Assembly: GCA_050331595.1 (NCBI GenBank)
Contig: JBHJGQ010000024.1
Span: 72,684-136,683, forward strand
DNA length: 64,000 nt
Source of the DNA: Opitutales bacterium
GTDB taxonomy: Bacteria; Verrucomicrobiota; Verrucomicrobiia; Opitutales; JBHJGM01
Direction of reading: 5' to 3'
Shown here: positions 46,970 to 54,322 of the stretch, piece by piece
Numbering within the stretch: position 1 is the first letter of the stretch
Layout: every line of letters begins with the position of its first letter
The notes under the pieces: generated by a model
What the model was told of the DNA's origin: nothing
The model's input: only the letters and a program-made list of their open reading frames with translations
Databases searched by the model: none
Translations under genes and position numbers: made by a program

Positions 46970-47329
46970 CTAGGCTTCGTCCGTTTCGCCGTCAGACTTG
47001 AGTTCCTGTTTCCACCCGAGCATGCGTGCTTGTGCACCGAATTTTTCCGCCGTCGGTATATTGCCCAGCTGCATGTGAATGCGGGAGAGGCTGGTGTTGA
47101 TGTGCAGGTCGTCCGGACGCAGCGCGTGCGCTTTTTCCGCCGCCTCCAGCGCCTCGGGGTACTGCTTCTCGGCGTAGCGCACCTCGGTGATGGCGTGCCA
47201 GGCATCGAAGTTCGATCTGTCCGCCTCGACCACGCGCCCGAGCTTTTCCAGCGCCGTCTCGCTGTCACCCAACGAAAAATCCAGCGTGGCCTCCTCGATC
47301 AACTCCTGGTGTGCCTCCTCACTCATCAC
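46970..47329 (-). CDS. Small TPR-repeat protein
   Basis: Track ORF of 119 aa. It shows TPR-like A/Y/W periodicity, for example AWHAITEVRYAEKQYPEALEAAEKAHALRPDD. Confidence 0.6.
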   Translation of the reverse strand: MMSEEAHQELIEEATLDFSLGDSETALEKLGRVVEADRSNFDAWHAITEVRYAEKQYPEALEAAEKAHALRPDDLHINTSLSRIHMQLGNIPTAEKFGAQARMLGWKQELKSDGETDEA

Positions 47330-47444
47330 AAAGAACCTGCCGCCACTTCTTCCCAGCGTCCAACGAATTCAAACCAGGGCCTCATCGACCCCGCGCTTTC
47401 TGCGTGTGCATGCGGCCCAACCCTGATAAAGCTCGTCGTACGCC

Positions 47445-48119
47445 ATGAAGCCGCGCCCCCGCAGCGATTTTCCCGACCCCCGCACCGCGCCACGCGAGGG
47501 CCCGATGGCGATGGGAGGCGACCTCAGTGTCGAACGCCTCTTGAATGCCTACGCGCGCGGCATTTTCCCCTGGTTTGGTGAGGACGAGCCCATTCTTTGG
47601 TGGTGCCCAGACCCGCGCTTCGTGCTCTTTCCCGACGAAGCCCGGATTGCCCAGAGCCTGGAGCGCGAACGCCGCAAACCCTCGTGGGAAGTCCGCGTCG
47701 ACACCGCGTTTACCGAAGTCATGACCGCCTGCGCCGCCCAAATCCGACCCGGTCAGGACGGCACCTGGATTGTCCCCGAAATGATTGCCGCCTACACCGC
47801 GCTGCACGAGGCCGGCTTCGCTCACAGCATCGAGTGCTGGCGCGACGGTGCGCTCGCAGGGGGTCTTTATGGCATCAGCCTGGGCGGCGTCTTCTTTGGC
47901 GAAAGCATGTTTCACCGCACCGCCAACGCCTCCAAAATCGCCTTCTCCGCGCTGCTGGACTGGCTGCGAGCCCACGCCTTTGACCTGATTGACTGCCAGC
48001 AGGAAACCCGGCACCTGGCCTCCTATGGCGCGCGCAACATCCCCCGGGCAGACTTCCTCGACCGCCTCGCCCACAGCCTGCAACGCCCCACCCGGATGGG
48101 CCCGTGGACGCTGGATTAG
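47445..48119 (+). CDS. aat: Leucyl/phenylalanyl-tRNA--protein transferase
   Basis: Track ORF of 224 aa: LLNAYARGIFPWF, ILWWCPDPRFVLFPDE, GGLYGISLGGVFFGESMF. Confidence 0.9.
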   Translation: MKPRPRSDFPDPRTAPREGPMAMGGDLSVERLLNAYARGIFPWFGEDEPILWWCPDPRFVLFPDEARIAQSLERERRKPSWEVRVDTAFTEVMTACAAQIRPGQDGTWIVPEMIAAYTALHEAGFAHSIECWRDGALAGGLYGISLGGVFFGESMFHRTANASKIAFSALLDWLRAHAFDLIDCQQETRHLASYGARNIPRADFLDRLAHSLQRPTRMGPWTLD

Positions 48120-48352
48120 GCTTCACCTCGCAGACGCTACCCCGCGCAGAGGTTCACTGAACGGCTCCGCCTGTGTGAGGCCAATGCCCCAACAACGGCG
48201 CTTCGCCGCACGGTTCGAGGCTTCGGAAACGGGCCTGGCCTGAGCGCACGGGCTTCTGTCTGAGCGACCTGCATGCCTGTGCGGTACCGGGATGGTGATT
48301 CTTGACCCTTCTTTTCCTTGATGGGCGGACCTTCGGCACGCAGCATCCCGGT

Positions 48353-49057
48353 GTGGATCCCGAAGTGCAAAAGCTGCTCGACCTGCAGGATGTTGACCTG
48401 CACCTGCAGCAAACCCAGGCCGCGCTGAGGCGAGCCCCCATCGAACTCGAGAAGCTCGCCACCGAGGAGGCTCGTGAAAAAGCCGACCTTGAGGCCAAGG
48501 AGCAGGCGTTCAAGGGCCTTGAGATACGTCGCAAGGAAATCGACGGCGCGCTGCAGGACGCCGAGGCACAGGTGGTCAAGTACAAGACCCAGCAGCTCCA
48601 GGTGAAAAAGAACGAGGAGTATCAGGCCTTGAATCACGAAATCGATTCCCTCGGGCAGCGCATCTCCGGCTACGAAGAAGAAGAAATCGGGCTGATGCTC
48701 GAGATTGACGAGGCCCAGCTCACCCTCGGCAAGGACCGCGAAGCCTCCGCCGAACGCCTGACCACCATCGCTCGCGAGCGCCGCCTCATTCAGGACAACG
48801 TCCAGAAGCTCCAGGCCGAAGTAGCCGAGCTCGAAGCTAAGGTTGCTGCCGCCCGCGCACCGGTCAACGCCCTGTACCAGTCCGCCTACGACGCCTCCAA
48901 ACTGCGCCACCCCCGTGGCCCCTACGTCACGCCGATTCTCGACGGGCGCTGCGAAGGCTGCCACCTCAAGGTCTCCGGCGAAACCACCTCCGCGCTGCGC
49001 CAGCCCGACGGCCCGGTCAAGTGCGACCAATGCGGCCGCGTCGTCTACGTGGGCTAG
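48353..49057 (+). CDS. Coiled-coil C4 zinc-ribbon protein (COG1579/DUF164-like)
   Basis: Track ORF 48302..49057. It has long heptad-like regions and a C-terminal CEGCHLKV...CDQCGRVVY (2x CxxC). The start is uncertain: GTG 48353 or TTG 48302. Confidence 0.7.
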   Translation: MDPEVQKLLDLQDVDLHLQQTQAALRRAPIELEKLATEEAREKADLEAKEQAFKGLEIRRKEIDGALQDAEAQVVKYKTQQLQVKKNEEYQALNHEIDSLGQRISGYEEEEIGLMLEIDEAQLTLGKDREASAERLTTIARERRLIQDNVQKLQAEVAELEAKVAAARAPVNALYQSAYDASKLRHPRGPYVTPILDGRCEGCHLKVSGETTSALRQPDGPVKCDQCGRVVYVG

Positions 49058-49103
49058 CCCCGATCCCGCTTGCGGTTCGTCCTGGAAAGTCCGATACTTG
49101 GCA

Positions 49104-49540
49104 ACGTTTCCAGGGGGCGGGCATTCGCTCCCGAGGTTAGAGCAATCGTTCTTTGGGAGAGGAAAGTCCGGACACCGCAGGGCAGGATTCCGCTTGAAAG
49201 GGCGGGCGCGGCGTTTCAAAGCGCCGTGACGGACAGTGCCACAGAAAGCAAACCGCCGATGGCTCCGGCCGTCGGTAAGGGTGAAAGGGTGGGGTAAGGG
49301 CCCACCGCCGCCGCGGGCAACTGCGCGGGCAGGGTAAACCCAATCCGGTGCAAGACCAAGCATGGGACCGAGCGGCCCGCTCATTCGGTCCCGGGTAGGT
49401 TGCATTCGCCTTGCCTTCACCGGCAGGCGAGAGCCGGTGCCTGAGTTCACGCTCGGGCTCGCTAGATAAATGAATGCCCCGCGGCTTCCTTCACTGGAGG
49501 CCACGGACAGAATCCGGCTTATAGCCCCCTGGAAACCTCT
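49104..49540 (+). ncRNA. rnpB: RNase P RNA, bacterial type A
   Basis: Universally conserved blocks are present: GAGGAAAGTCCGGAC, ACAGAAAGCAAACCGCC, GGTAAGGGTGAAAGGGTGGGGTAAGGGCCCACC, GGGTAAACCC, GCAAGACCAAG and ACAGAATCCGGCTTATAG. The terminal P1 helix pairs GTTTCCAGGGGG (49106-49117) with CCCCCTGGAAAC (49525-49536). The ends are accurate to within a few nt. Confidence 0.93.
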
Positions 49541-49597
49541 CTTTCGCTCCCAAAGTCCTTCGTTGATGGTCCCATGCCTTCAACCTCACCAGACCTC

Positions 49598-49680
49598 GGA
49601 CTAACGACCAACGCCCTGGACCACCGACTTTGGACCTTGGACTAACGACCAACGACTCTGGATTAACGACTAAATCCTTG
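49598..49680 (+). repeat. Four head-to-tail ~21-bp tandem units (GGAyyAmCGAC-N10) between rnpB and rpsT
   Basis: The units are GGACTAACGACCAACGCCCT, GGACCACCGACTTTGGACCTT, GGACTAACGACCAACGACTCT and GGATTAACGACTAAATCCTTG. They start at 49598, 49618, 49639 and 49660. Units 1 and 3 share 16 identical leading nt. Confidence 0.85.
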
Positions 49681-49731
49681 CCAAGCCCGCCCGTCTCGCT
49701 CATTCTCACCGGTTTTACGACGTTATCAGCT

Positions 49732-49998
49732 ATGGCCAATACCAAGGCATCCAAGAAAGACATCCGGCGCATCACGCGGCGCACGGCCCACAATCTCGGC
49801 ATCAAAACCCGCCTCAAGACGCTGCGCAAAAAAGCGCTTTTTGCTGAGGCCGAGTCCGCTGACGTAAAGAAGACCCAGGTCAACGAGTACGCGGCAGCCC
49901 TCGACAAAGCGGCCAAGACGGGCCTGATTCATCCAAACAAGGCCAACCGGCAGAAGTCACGCGCGGCCAAGCGCCTGAACAAGGCAGCCGCCGCTTGA
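49732..49998 (+). CDS. rpsT: 30S ribosomal protein S20
   Basis: Track ORF 49630..49998 trimmed to ATG 49732, giving the canonical MANTKASKKDIRRITRRTAHNLGIKTRLKT... Confidence 0.93.
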   Translation: MANTKASKKDIRRITRRTAHNLGIKTRLKTLRKKALFAEAESADVKKTQVNEYAAALDKAAKTGLIHPNKANRQKSRAAKRLNKAAAA

Positions 49999-50016
49999 AC
50001 AAGGCAGCCGCCGCTA
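49977..50016 (+). repeat. 20-bp perfect-but-one tandem duplication spanning the rpsT stop codon
   Basis: GAACAAGGCAGCCGCCGCTT (49977-49996) is followed immediately by GAACAAGGCAGCCGCCGCTA (49997-50016). The rpsT stop TGA (49996-49998) is formed at the junction. Confidence 0.9.
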
Positions 50017-50049
50017 CCAGCTGAGGCGTCCCACGCACCCTTCGCGAAG

Positions 50050-50073
50050 ACCTCGGGCAACCGGGGTTTTTTT
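50050..50073 (+). terminator. Rho-independent terminator after rpsT
   Basis: ACCTCGG-GCAA-CCGGGGT is a 7-bp stem with one G-U pair and a GNRA loop. It is followed by TTTTTTT. Confidence 0.7.
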
Positions 50074-50078
50074 GTGCC

Positions 50079-50915
50079 GTGCATCCGGAGAAAATCGGTT
50101 TCCCACCCCCGCTTCTGGGCGAAGCGCCCGAGCGCCTGCAAGTGTTCCGCTGGAGCGCGGACGATGGGCTTCTGATCCTGGAAAAACCGGCGGGCGTTCT
50201 GGTCGACCCGCACCCGTGGTACCCGGCTTCGCCCAGTTTGGTTGCCGCCCTGGCCCGGCAGGTCGACGCCGCCAAGCCCGAACTGGCTCCCTTCGGCTTT
50301 GAGCGTGTCCATGGCGTAGGCGTGATTGATGCGGAAATCGAAGGCGCGGCCCTCATCGCCGCCAACCACCAGGCCGGTGCGCGTTGGCGCGACGCCTATG
50401 GCTCCGGCCAAGTCGAATGGGTCTTCGAGTGTGTGGCCCGTTCCTTCGAGTCGCCGCAGAAGGCGCTCGGCAAGAAGGGGGGCACCATCGAGTCCGCGCA
50501 TGCCTTCGAGTGCCGCCTACCCTTGGTGGGCGACCCCAAGCAGGCCCGTACCCGCGTTTCGCATCGCTTCGGCAAGCAGGCCCGGACGCGTTTTCAGCGC
50601 CTGGAGCCGCTTTCCAACGAGGGCGGGTGGTCGCTCTGGAAGGCCCGCACGTCTTATCACCGCCCGCATCAGTTGCGCTTGCACGCGCTGGAATCCGGTC
50701 TGCGCATCGCCGGCGAGTCGCTCTACCTCCCCGATTCCTCCGAAACCGACCCCACGTCCAAACCAAACGCAGAGCCCGGCGGGCCACTGATGCGGTTGAG
50801 CGAAATTGTGGCGACGCCAGCGGGCGAGCGTCCCGGCGTTCACTGCCAGGTGCCTGCGTCCAAGGCCTGGCTGCGTCGGGTCAAAGCGCTGACTACGCGG
50901 AACGCAACGTTATAG
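50079..50915 (+). CDS. RluA-family pseudouridine synthase-like protein (divergent motif II)
   Basis: Track ORF of 278 aa: LLILEKPAGVLV, ...YHRPHQLRLHALESGLRIAGESLY (compare GRTHQIR.H). The motif II region reads VHGVGVIDAEIEGAALIA instead of HRLD..TSG. Confidence 0.75.
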   Translation: MHPEKIGFPPPLLGEAPERLQVFRWSADDGLLILEKPAGVLVDPHPWYPASPSLVAALARQVDAAKPELAPFGFERVHGVGVIDAEIEGAALIAANHQAGARWRDAYGSGQVEWVFECVARSFESPQKALGKKGGTIESAHAFECRLPLVGDPKQARTRVSHRFGKQARTRFQRLEPLSNEGGWSLWKARTSYHRPHQLRLHALESGLRIAGESLYLPDSSETDPTSKPNAEPGGPLMRLSEIVATPAGERPGVHCQVPASKAWLRRVKALTTRNATL

Positions 50916-50980
50916 ATTAGTCTTTACAGCCCGTTCGTCCTGGGCTTTGTTACTCGTTTTCGCACATTCGATTACCTTCC

Positions 50981-51079
50981 ATGGGCAACCTGAAGAAAAA
51001 GCGCCGTCTCAAGATGAACAAGCATAAGCGCCGCAAGCGCTCGCATGCCAATCGTCATAAGAAGCGCACCTGGGGCTGA
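50981..51079 (+). CDS. bS22-like 32-aa highly basic ribosomal mini-protein
   Basis: My own translation; the ORF is below the track's size cutoff. ATG 50981 gives [32 protein letters not shown], with TGA at 51077-51079. The pattern MG..KKRR..M.K.K.RK matches my memory of mycobacterial bS22 ([21 protein letters not shown]...). Confidence 0.6.
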   Translation: MGNLKKKRRLKMNKHKRRKRSHANRHKKRTWG

Positions 51080-51361
51080 TTGAGCCTGGGCCGTGTCCGC
51101 TCGGGCGCGGTTCTTCCAGCGCGGCGAGTCTCTCCTGGCCCGCCTCACACTTCACGCCGTGCGGTCAACCGCACGCGACTAGGGCTGACCTGAACGTGCA
51201 CTCAGGCCTTCCCGCATCGACGTGCGGGTCAATTGCGGGCTTTGTGTGTCAAAAAATATTCAGGGCCGTGCGTTAAAGGCAGGAGATACGCGGACGAATA
51301 TTGGAGGTGTCCCCGAGTACGCTACGCGGGGGCAGTTCGCCGCTCCGTTTCTCCTGCCACC

Positions 51362-52435
51362 ATGAAGGCAAAATCCAAGGGGCTCTTTCTAGAGCTATCC
51401 GAGTACGCCGTTCTAGTCGCTCGCACCAGCAGCTTGCAGCCGCCGTTTACGGTGGAAGCGCTGTATGAGTTTCCCGCGGGCCTGAGCGCCACTACCGGAC
51501 AAGAACTGGTCCAGCTGGCCAGCCTGCGCAAGGGCAACTATATCCCCGTCGTCTGCAGCGCCTTTCCAGCCAACCGGTTCGTACGGCGTGCCACCCTCGA
51601 TCACCCGACCAAGGCCCGCGAGCCCGCCTACCTCAACGATCTGGTCCGCAGCCAATATCGCCTGGACCCGGCCGCCAACGCGCTGAAAGTGCTCGAGGCC
51701 AAGACCGGTCGGGCTGTCGATTTCAACAAGGTGCCCGCGCGTGAAGTCATCTTCGCCGGGGCCGGCTTGGAGGAGTGGACCTCGCTGCAGGCCGACCTGG
51801 TGGCGCACAACCTGTACCCCGAGCGGCTCGAGCTGGGCTCGCTCTCCATCCTCGGCGGCTTGACCAGCTACCTGCGCTTTCGCCAGGACACCCGTCCGGT
51901 CATGTCCATCGAGCTGACCGCCGACAGCGCACAGGTCTTCATCCTCTCCGCCGACGGCCTGGACGTGGCCCGTCCCATCCCCTTCGGCCTGCGCAGCATG
52001 TTCCCGATTGTGCAGGAGGAACTCGGGCTCAAGGACGAGCAGTCCGCCGAAAAGCTCTTCTTCTCCGATACCTTCGACTTTACCGAGATGGCTCCGGTCC
52101 TCCTCAAAAAGCTCCTGCGCGAGGTTCAGGCCTCCGCCGGCTTCTACGAGGTGCAGACCGGCCAGACCATCAGCCAGCTCTTCCTGGGCCAGCTGCCCCG
52201 CAGTCTCTCGTGGATTGGCAGCAGCTTCGCCCGATCGCTGGCGGTCGAAATCCTTCAACCCGTTTACGAAGAATGGTTCGAACACCTCGGTGTCGACGTC
52301 GTGCCCGACGTGGAGTTGGGCAACCGCGGCGCGCGCTGGTTCGGCCTCTTCAGCCTGATGGGCGACTTCCGCCCCGCCGACAACGCTTCTCAACCTCTTG
52401 CTGCCAATGCCACTGCGACCAAAGAGCAAGGCTAA
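51362..52435 (+). CDS. pilM: PilM-like actin-fold pilus/secretion assembly protein (divergent)
   Basis: Track ORF 51233..52435 trimmed to ATG 51362 (MKAKSKGLFLELSEYAVLVAR...). Its size of about 357 aa and its position ahead of PilN/O/P/Q-like genes support the call. The sequence itself is divergent. Confidence 0.6.
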   Translation: MKAKSKGLFLELSEYAVLVARTSSLQPPFTVEALYEFPAGLSATTGQELVQLASLRKGNYIPVVCSAFPANRFVRRATLDHPTKAREPAYLNDLVRSQYRLDPAANALKVLEAKTGRAVDFNKVPAREVIFAGAGLEEWTSLQADLVAHNLYPERLELGSLSILGGLTSYLRFRQDTRPVMSIELTADSAQVFILSADGLDVARPIPFGLRSMFPIVQEELGLKDEQSAEKLFFSDTFDFTEMAPVLLKKLLREVQASAGFYEVQTGQTISQLFLGQLPRSLSWIGSSFARSLAVEILQPVYEEWFEHLGVDVVPDVELGNRGARWFGLFSLMGDFRPADNASQPLAANATATKEQG

Positions 52436-53060
52436 GGAAGCCGACGCCTTCTACTGGCACGCGGACTTCCGCCGGGTCGATGCACTGCCCGACGTGAAGG
52501 TCGTGCGCACGAAGTTTTTCGTGAACTTCATGGCGGTGGCCGCACCGCTTTTGCTGGCCGTTTGGGTGGCCAACAATGAACTCGAAGCCGGTAACTTGCG
52601 CAGCGAAATCGCCGCGCTGGAAGACTCCGTGGCCGCGGCCCGCCCGCGCAACGCCGAAGCCGTCAAGCTCGACCAGGCCTTTGCCAAGGAGCGCGGCAAG
52701 GTTCACGCCTTCACCAGCTTCTACAAGCCCGCCATCGAGCCGCTGGAATTGCTGGCCATTTTCAGTGAAAGCCGGCCCGAGGGGCTGATCTTCGACCGGC
52801 TCAGCCTGACCCAGCGCCGGGAGACCACCCGCAAGGGCAAGAAAGTCATCGAGACCCTGGTTCCCGTCGTCCAAATCGTCGGCGAACTCGAAGGCGACGC
52901 CTCCGAAGCCCTCGCCGTACTCAAAGCCTACGAGCAACAGCTGCTTGAAATTGAGGAGATCAAGGACCGCATCGAAAACTTCGACGCCGCCCCCACGCGC
53001 TCCTCCGACAACGACAGCTTCCGCTTCAAAATTTCCATGGATCTGCCCAAGGCCAAATGA
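52407..53060 (+). CDS. PilN-like bitopic membrane protein
   Basis: Track ORF 52398..53060; ATG 52407 is preferred. It has a cytoplasmic basic N-terminus, one TM segment (FFVNFMAVAAPLLLAVWVA) and a coiled-coil region. It overlaps the pilM 3' end. The call is by architecture and context. Confidence 0.45.
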   Translation: MPLRPKSKAKEADAFYWHADFRRVDALPDVKVVRTKFFVNFMAVAAPLLLAVWVANNELEAGNLRSEIAALEDSVAAARPRNAEAVKLDQAFAKERGKVHAFTSFYKPAIEPLELLAIFSESRPEGLIFDRLSLTQRRETTRKGKKVIETLVPVVQIVGELEGDASEALAVLKAYEQQLLEIEEIKDRIENFDAAPTRSSDNDSFRFKISMDLPKAK

Positions 53061-53653
53061 ACACCGAAGCCCTCATCAAGAAGATCAAGAGCTATCCGCT
53101 GGCGGTTGCCGGCGCGGTGCTGCTGATCATCATCGGCGGGTTCGGCTTTCTGCGCGCCGACGTGCTGCCGGAGCTGCGCCTGCGCCGCGATGACCTGCAG
53201 TTCGAGCTGACCGGCTACGAATCCAACATCCGCAACGGCGGCAGTCTCCAGGAAGACTTGGACAAGGCACGCGGGATCGTCGAGCAGGTCGAGCGTCGCT
53301 TGATCGATCCGGAGGAAACCATCGCTAACCTCCAATACTTCCTGGCCTTCGAGACTATTTCCGGAGCCGACCTTTCCGACCCTCGCCAGACCGGCGTCAC
53401 CGGCGGCAACTACGAGGTCGAAGCCGCCAAGGGCAAGAAGTCCAAGAAAAAGGCCAAGGCCACCCCGTTTTCCGAAGTGGGCTACTCGCTCGATGCTTCC
53501 GGTTCCTACGACCAACTGCTCAGTCTCATCCACGCCCTGCAAAGCAGCCGCTTTTTCCTGCGCGTGGACACGGTCAACCTCAGCCCCTCACAGAGCCTGG
53601 AGGGCAGCGAACTCGCCGTCGGGTTGACGCTGAGCATCCTCGGCCGGCCCTAG
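53057..53653 (+). CDS. PilO-like bitopic membrane protein
   Basis: Track ORF of 198 aa. Its start overlaps the preceding stop (ATGA). It has one TM segment (YPLAVAGAVLLIIIGGFGFL) followed by coiled-coil. The call is by architecture and context. Confidence 0.45.
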   Translation: MNTEALIKKIKSYPLAVAGAVLLIIIGGFGFLRADVLPELRLRRDDLQFELTGYESNIRNGGSLQEDLDKARGIVEQVERRLIDPEETIANLQYFLAFETISGADLSDPRQTGVTGGNYEVEAAKGKKSKKKAKATPFSEVGYSLDASGSYDQLLSLIHALQSSRFFLRVDTVNLSPSQSLEGSELAVGLTLSILGRP

Positions 53654-53688
53654 GCCAGGCCAACTCTGGATTGCCTGCACCGCACACC

Positions 53689-54249
53689 ATGAACGCTTTG
53701 AACACACAACCTCGGATCGGCCTCGCGCTGGCACTTGCCTTCTGGGTGGCCACCGCGGCTTGCCTGCAGGCAGCCGGTCCGCGCGTCTCGGCCCCAGCGC
53801 AGCGTAGCGCCATCATCGACCAGGCCAGCGCTATCCTCGAAAAGGATTACGACGTGCTTTGGGCCCGCTGCGAGGAGCTGCCCAACCCCTTCGTCTGGAT
53901 CGAGGAGGAGCCCGAGGAAGTCGACGAAGCGCCCGCGCCGGTGGTCGCGGAGGTTATCCAACCTGTCGCGCCAAAGCCGCGCATCATTCCCGACCACGTC
54001 GTCCTGCCGCTGGTCGCGCGTAAATTTCAGCCCAAGGGCGTGATGGCCCTCGGCGCGCGCCACGTCTTGCTCACCCCCGCCGGCAAAAAAGTCGAAGGCG
54101 ATGTGCTCAAGGCCACCATTAATCAGAAGACCTACATCATTGTCATTTCATCAATTTCCGCGAACGAGGTCGTCCTGACCTTGAACAACTCAACCTTCAC
54201 CAAGCAACTTTCGCCCTCTGGCCCGTCCAGCTATCTCACGAAGGACTAA
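53689..54249 (+). CDS. PilP-like periplasmic lipoprotein candidate
   Basis: Track ORF 53671..54249; ATG 53689 gives MNALNTQPRIGLALALAFWVATAAC, a lipobox-like signal. The C-terminal beta-rich segment is GVMALGARHVLLTPAGKKVEGDVLKATINQKTYIIVISSI. It lies immediately upstream of the secretin gene. Confidence 0.4.
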   Translation: MNALNTQPRIGLALALAFWVATAACLQAAGPRVSAPAQRSAIIDQASAILEKDYDVLWARCEELPNPFVWIEEEPEEVDEAPAPVVAEVIQPVAPKPRIIPDHVVLPLVARKFQPKGVMALGARHVLLTPAGKKVEGDVLKATINQKTYIIVISSISANEVVLTLNNSTFTKQLSPSGPSSYLTKD

Positions 54250-54322
54250 CAACCTGGCAGAGCCGCGCCCGTGCCTTCTCTCAAGGCAGCGCGCGCGTCC
54301 GGCCCAAAACTCAGCACGCACA

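Noticed and set aside
48137-49504. 455-aa minus-strand ORF.
   Set aside because: It spans the zinc-ribbon gene and the whole RNase P RNA. The conserved rnpB blocks and P1 pairing explain this DNA.
49598-49680. Possible tmRNA tag region, because of the repeated AACGAC strings.
   Set aside because: No tRNA-like acceptor or T-arm (GGTTCGAATCC...CCA) lies nearby. There is no resume codon or ANDxxALAA-type reading frame. The region is also too short between rnpB and rpsT.
49630-49731. N-terminal extension of the rpsT ORF (MDLGLTTNDSGLTTK...) covering the 21-bp repeats.
   Set aside because: S20 proteins begin MAN.K...KK, and ATG 49732 gives exactly that. The 'GLTTND/GLTTK' peptide repeat is just a translation of the DNA repeat.
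51158-51228. Two GC-rich hairpins after the bS22-like ORF: CGTGCGG-TCAA-CCGCACG and CCCGCA-TCGACG-TGCGGG.
   Set aside because: Neither is followed by a U-tract, so I did not call them terminators. They are mentioned only as possible structure.
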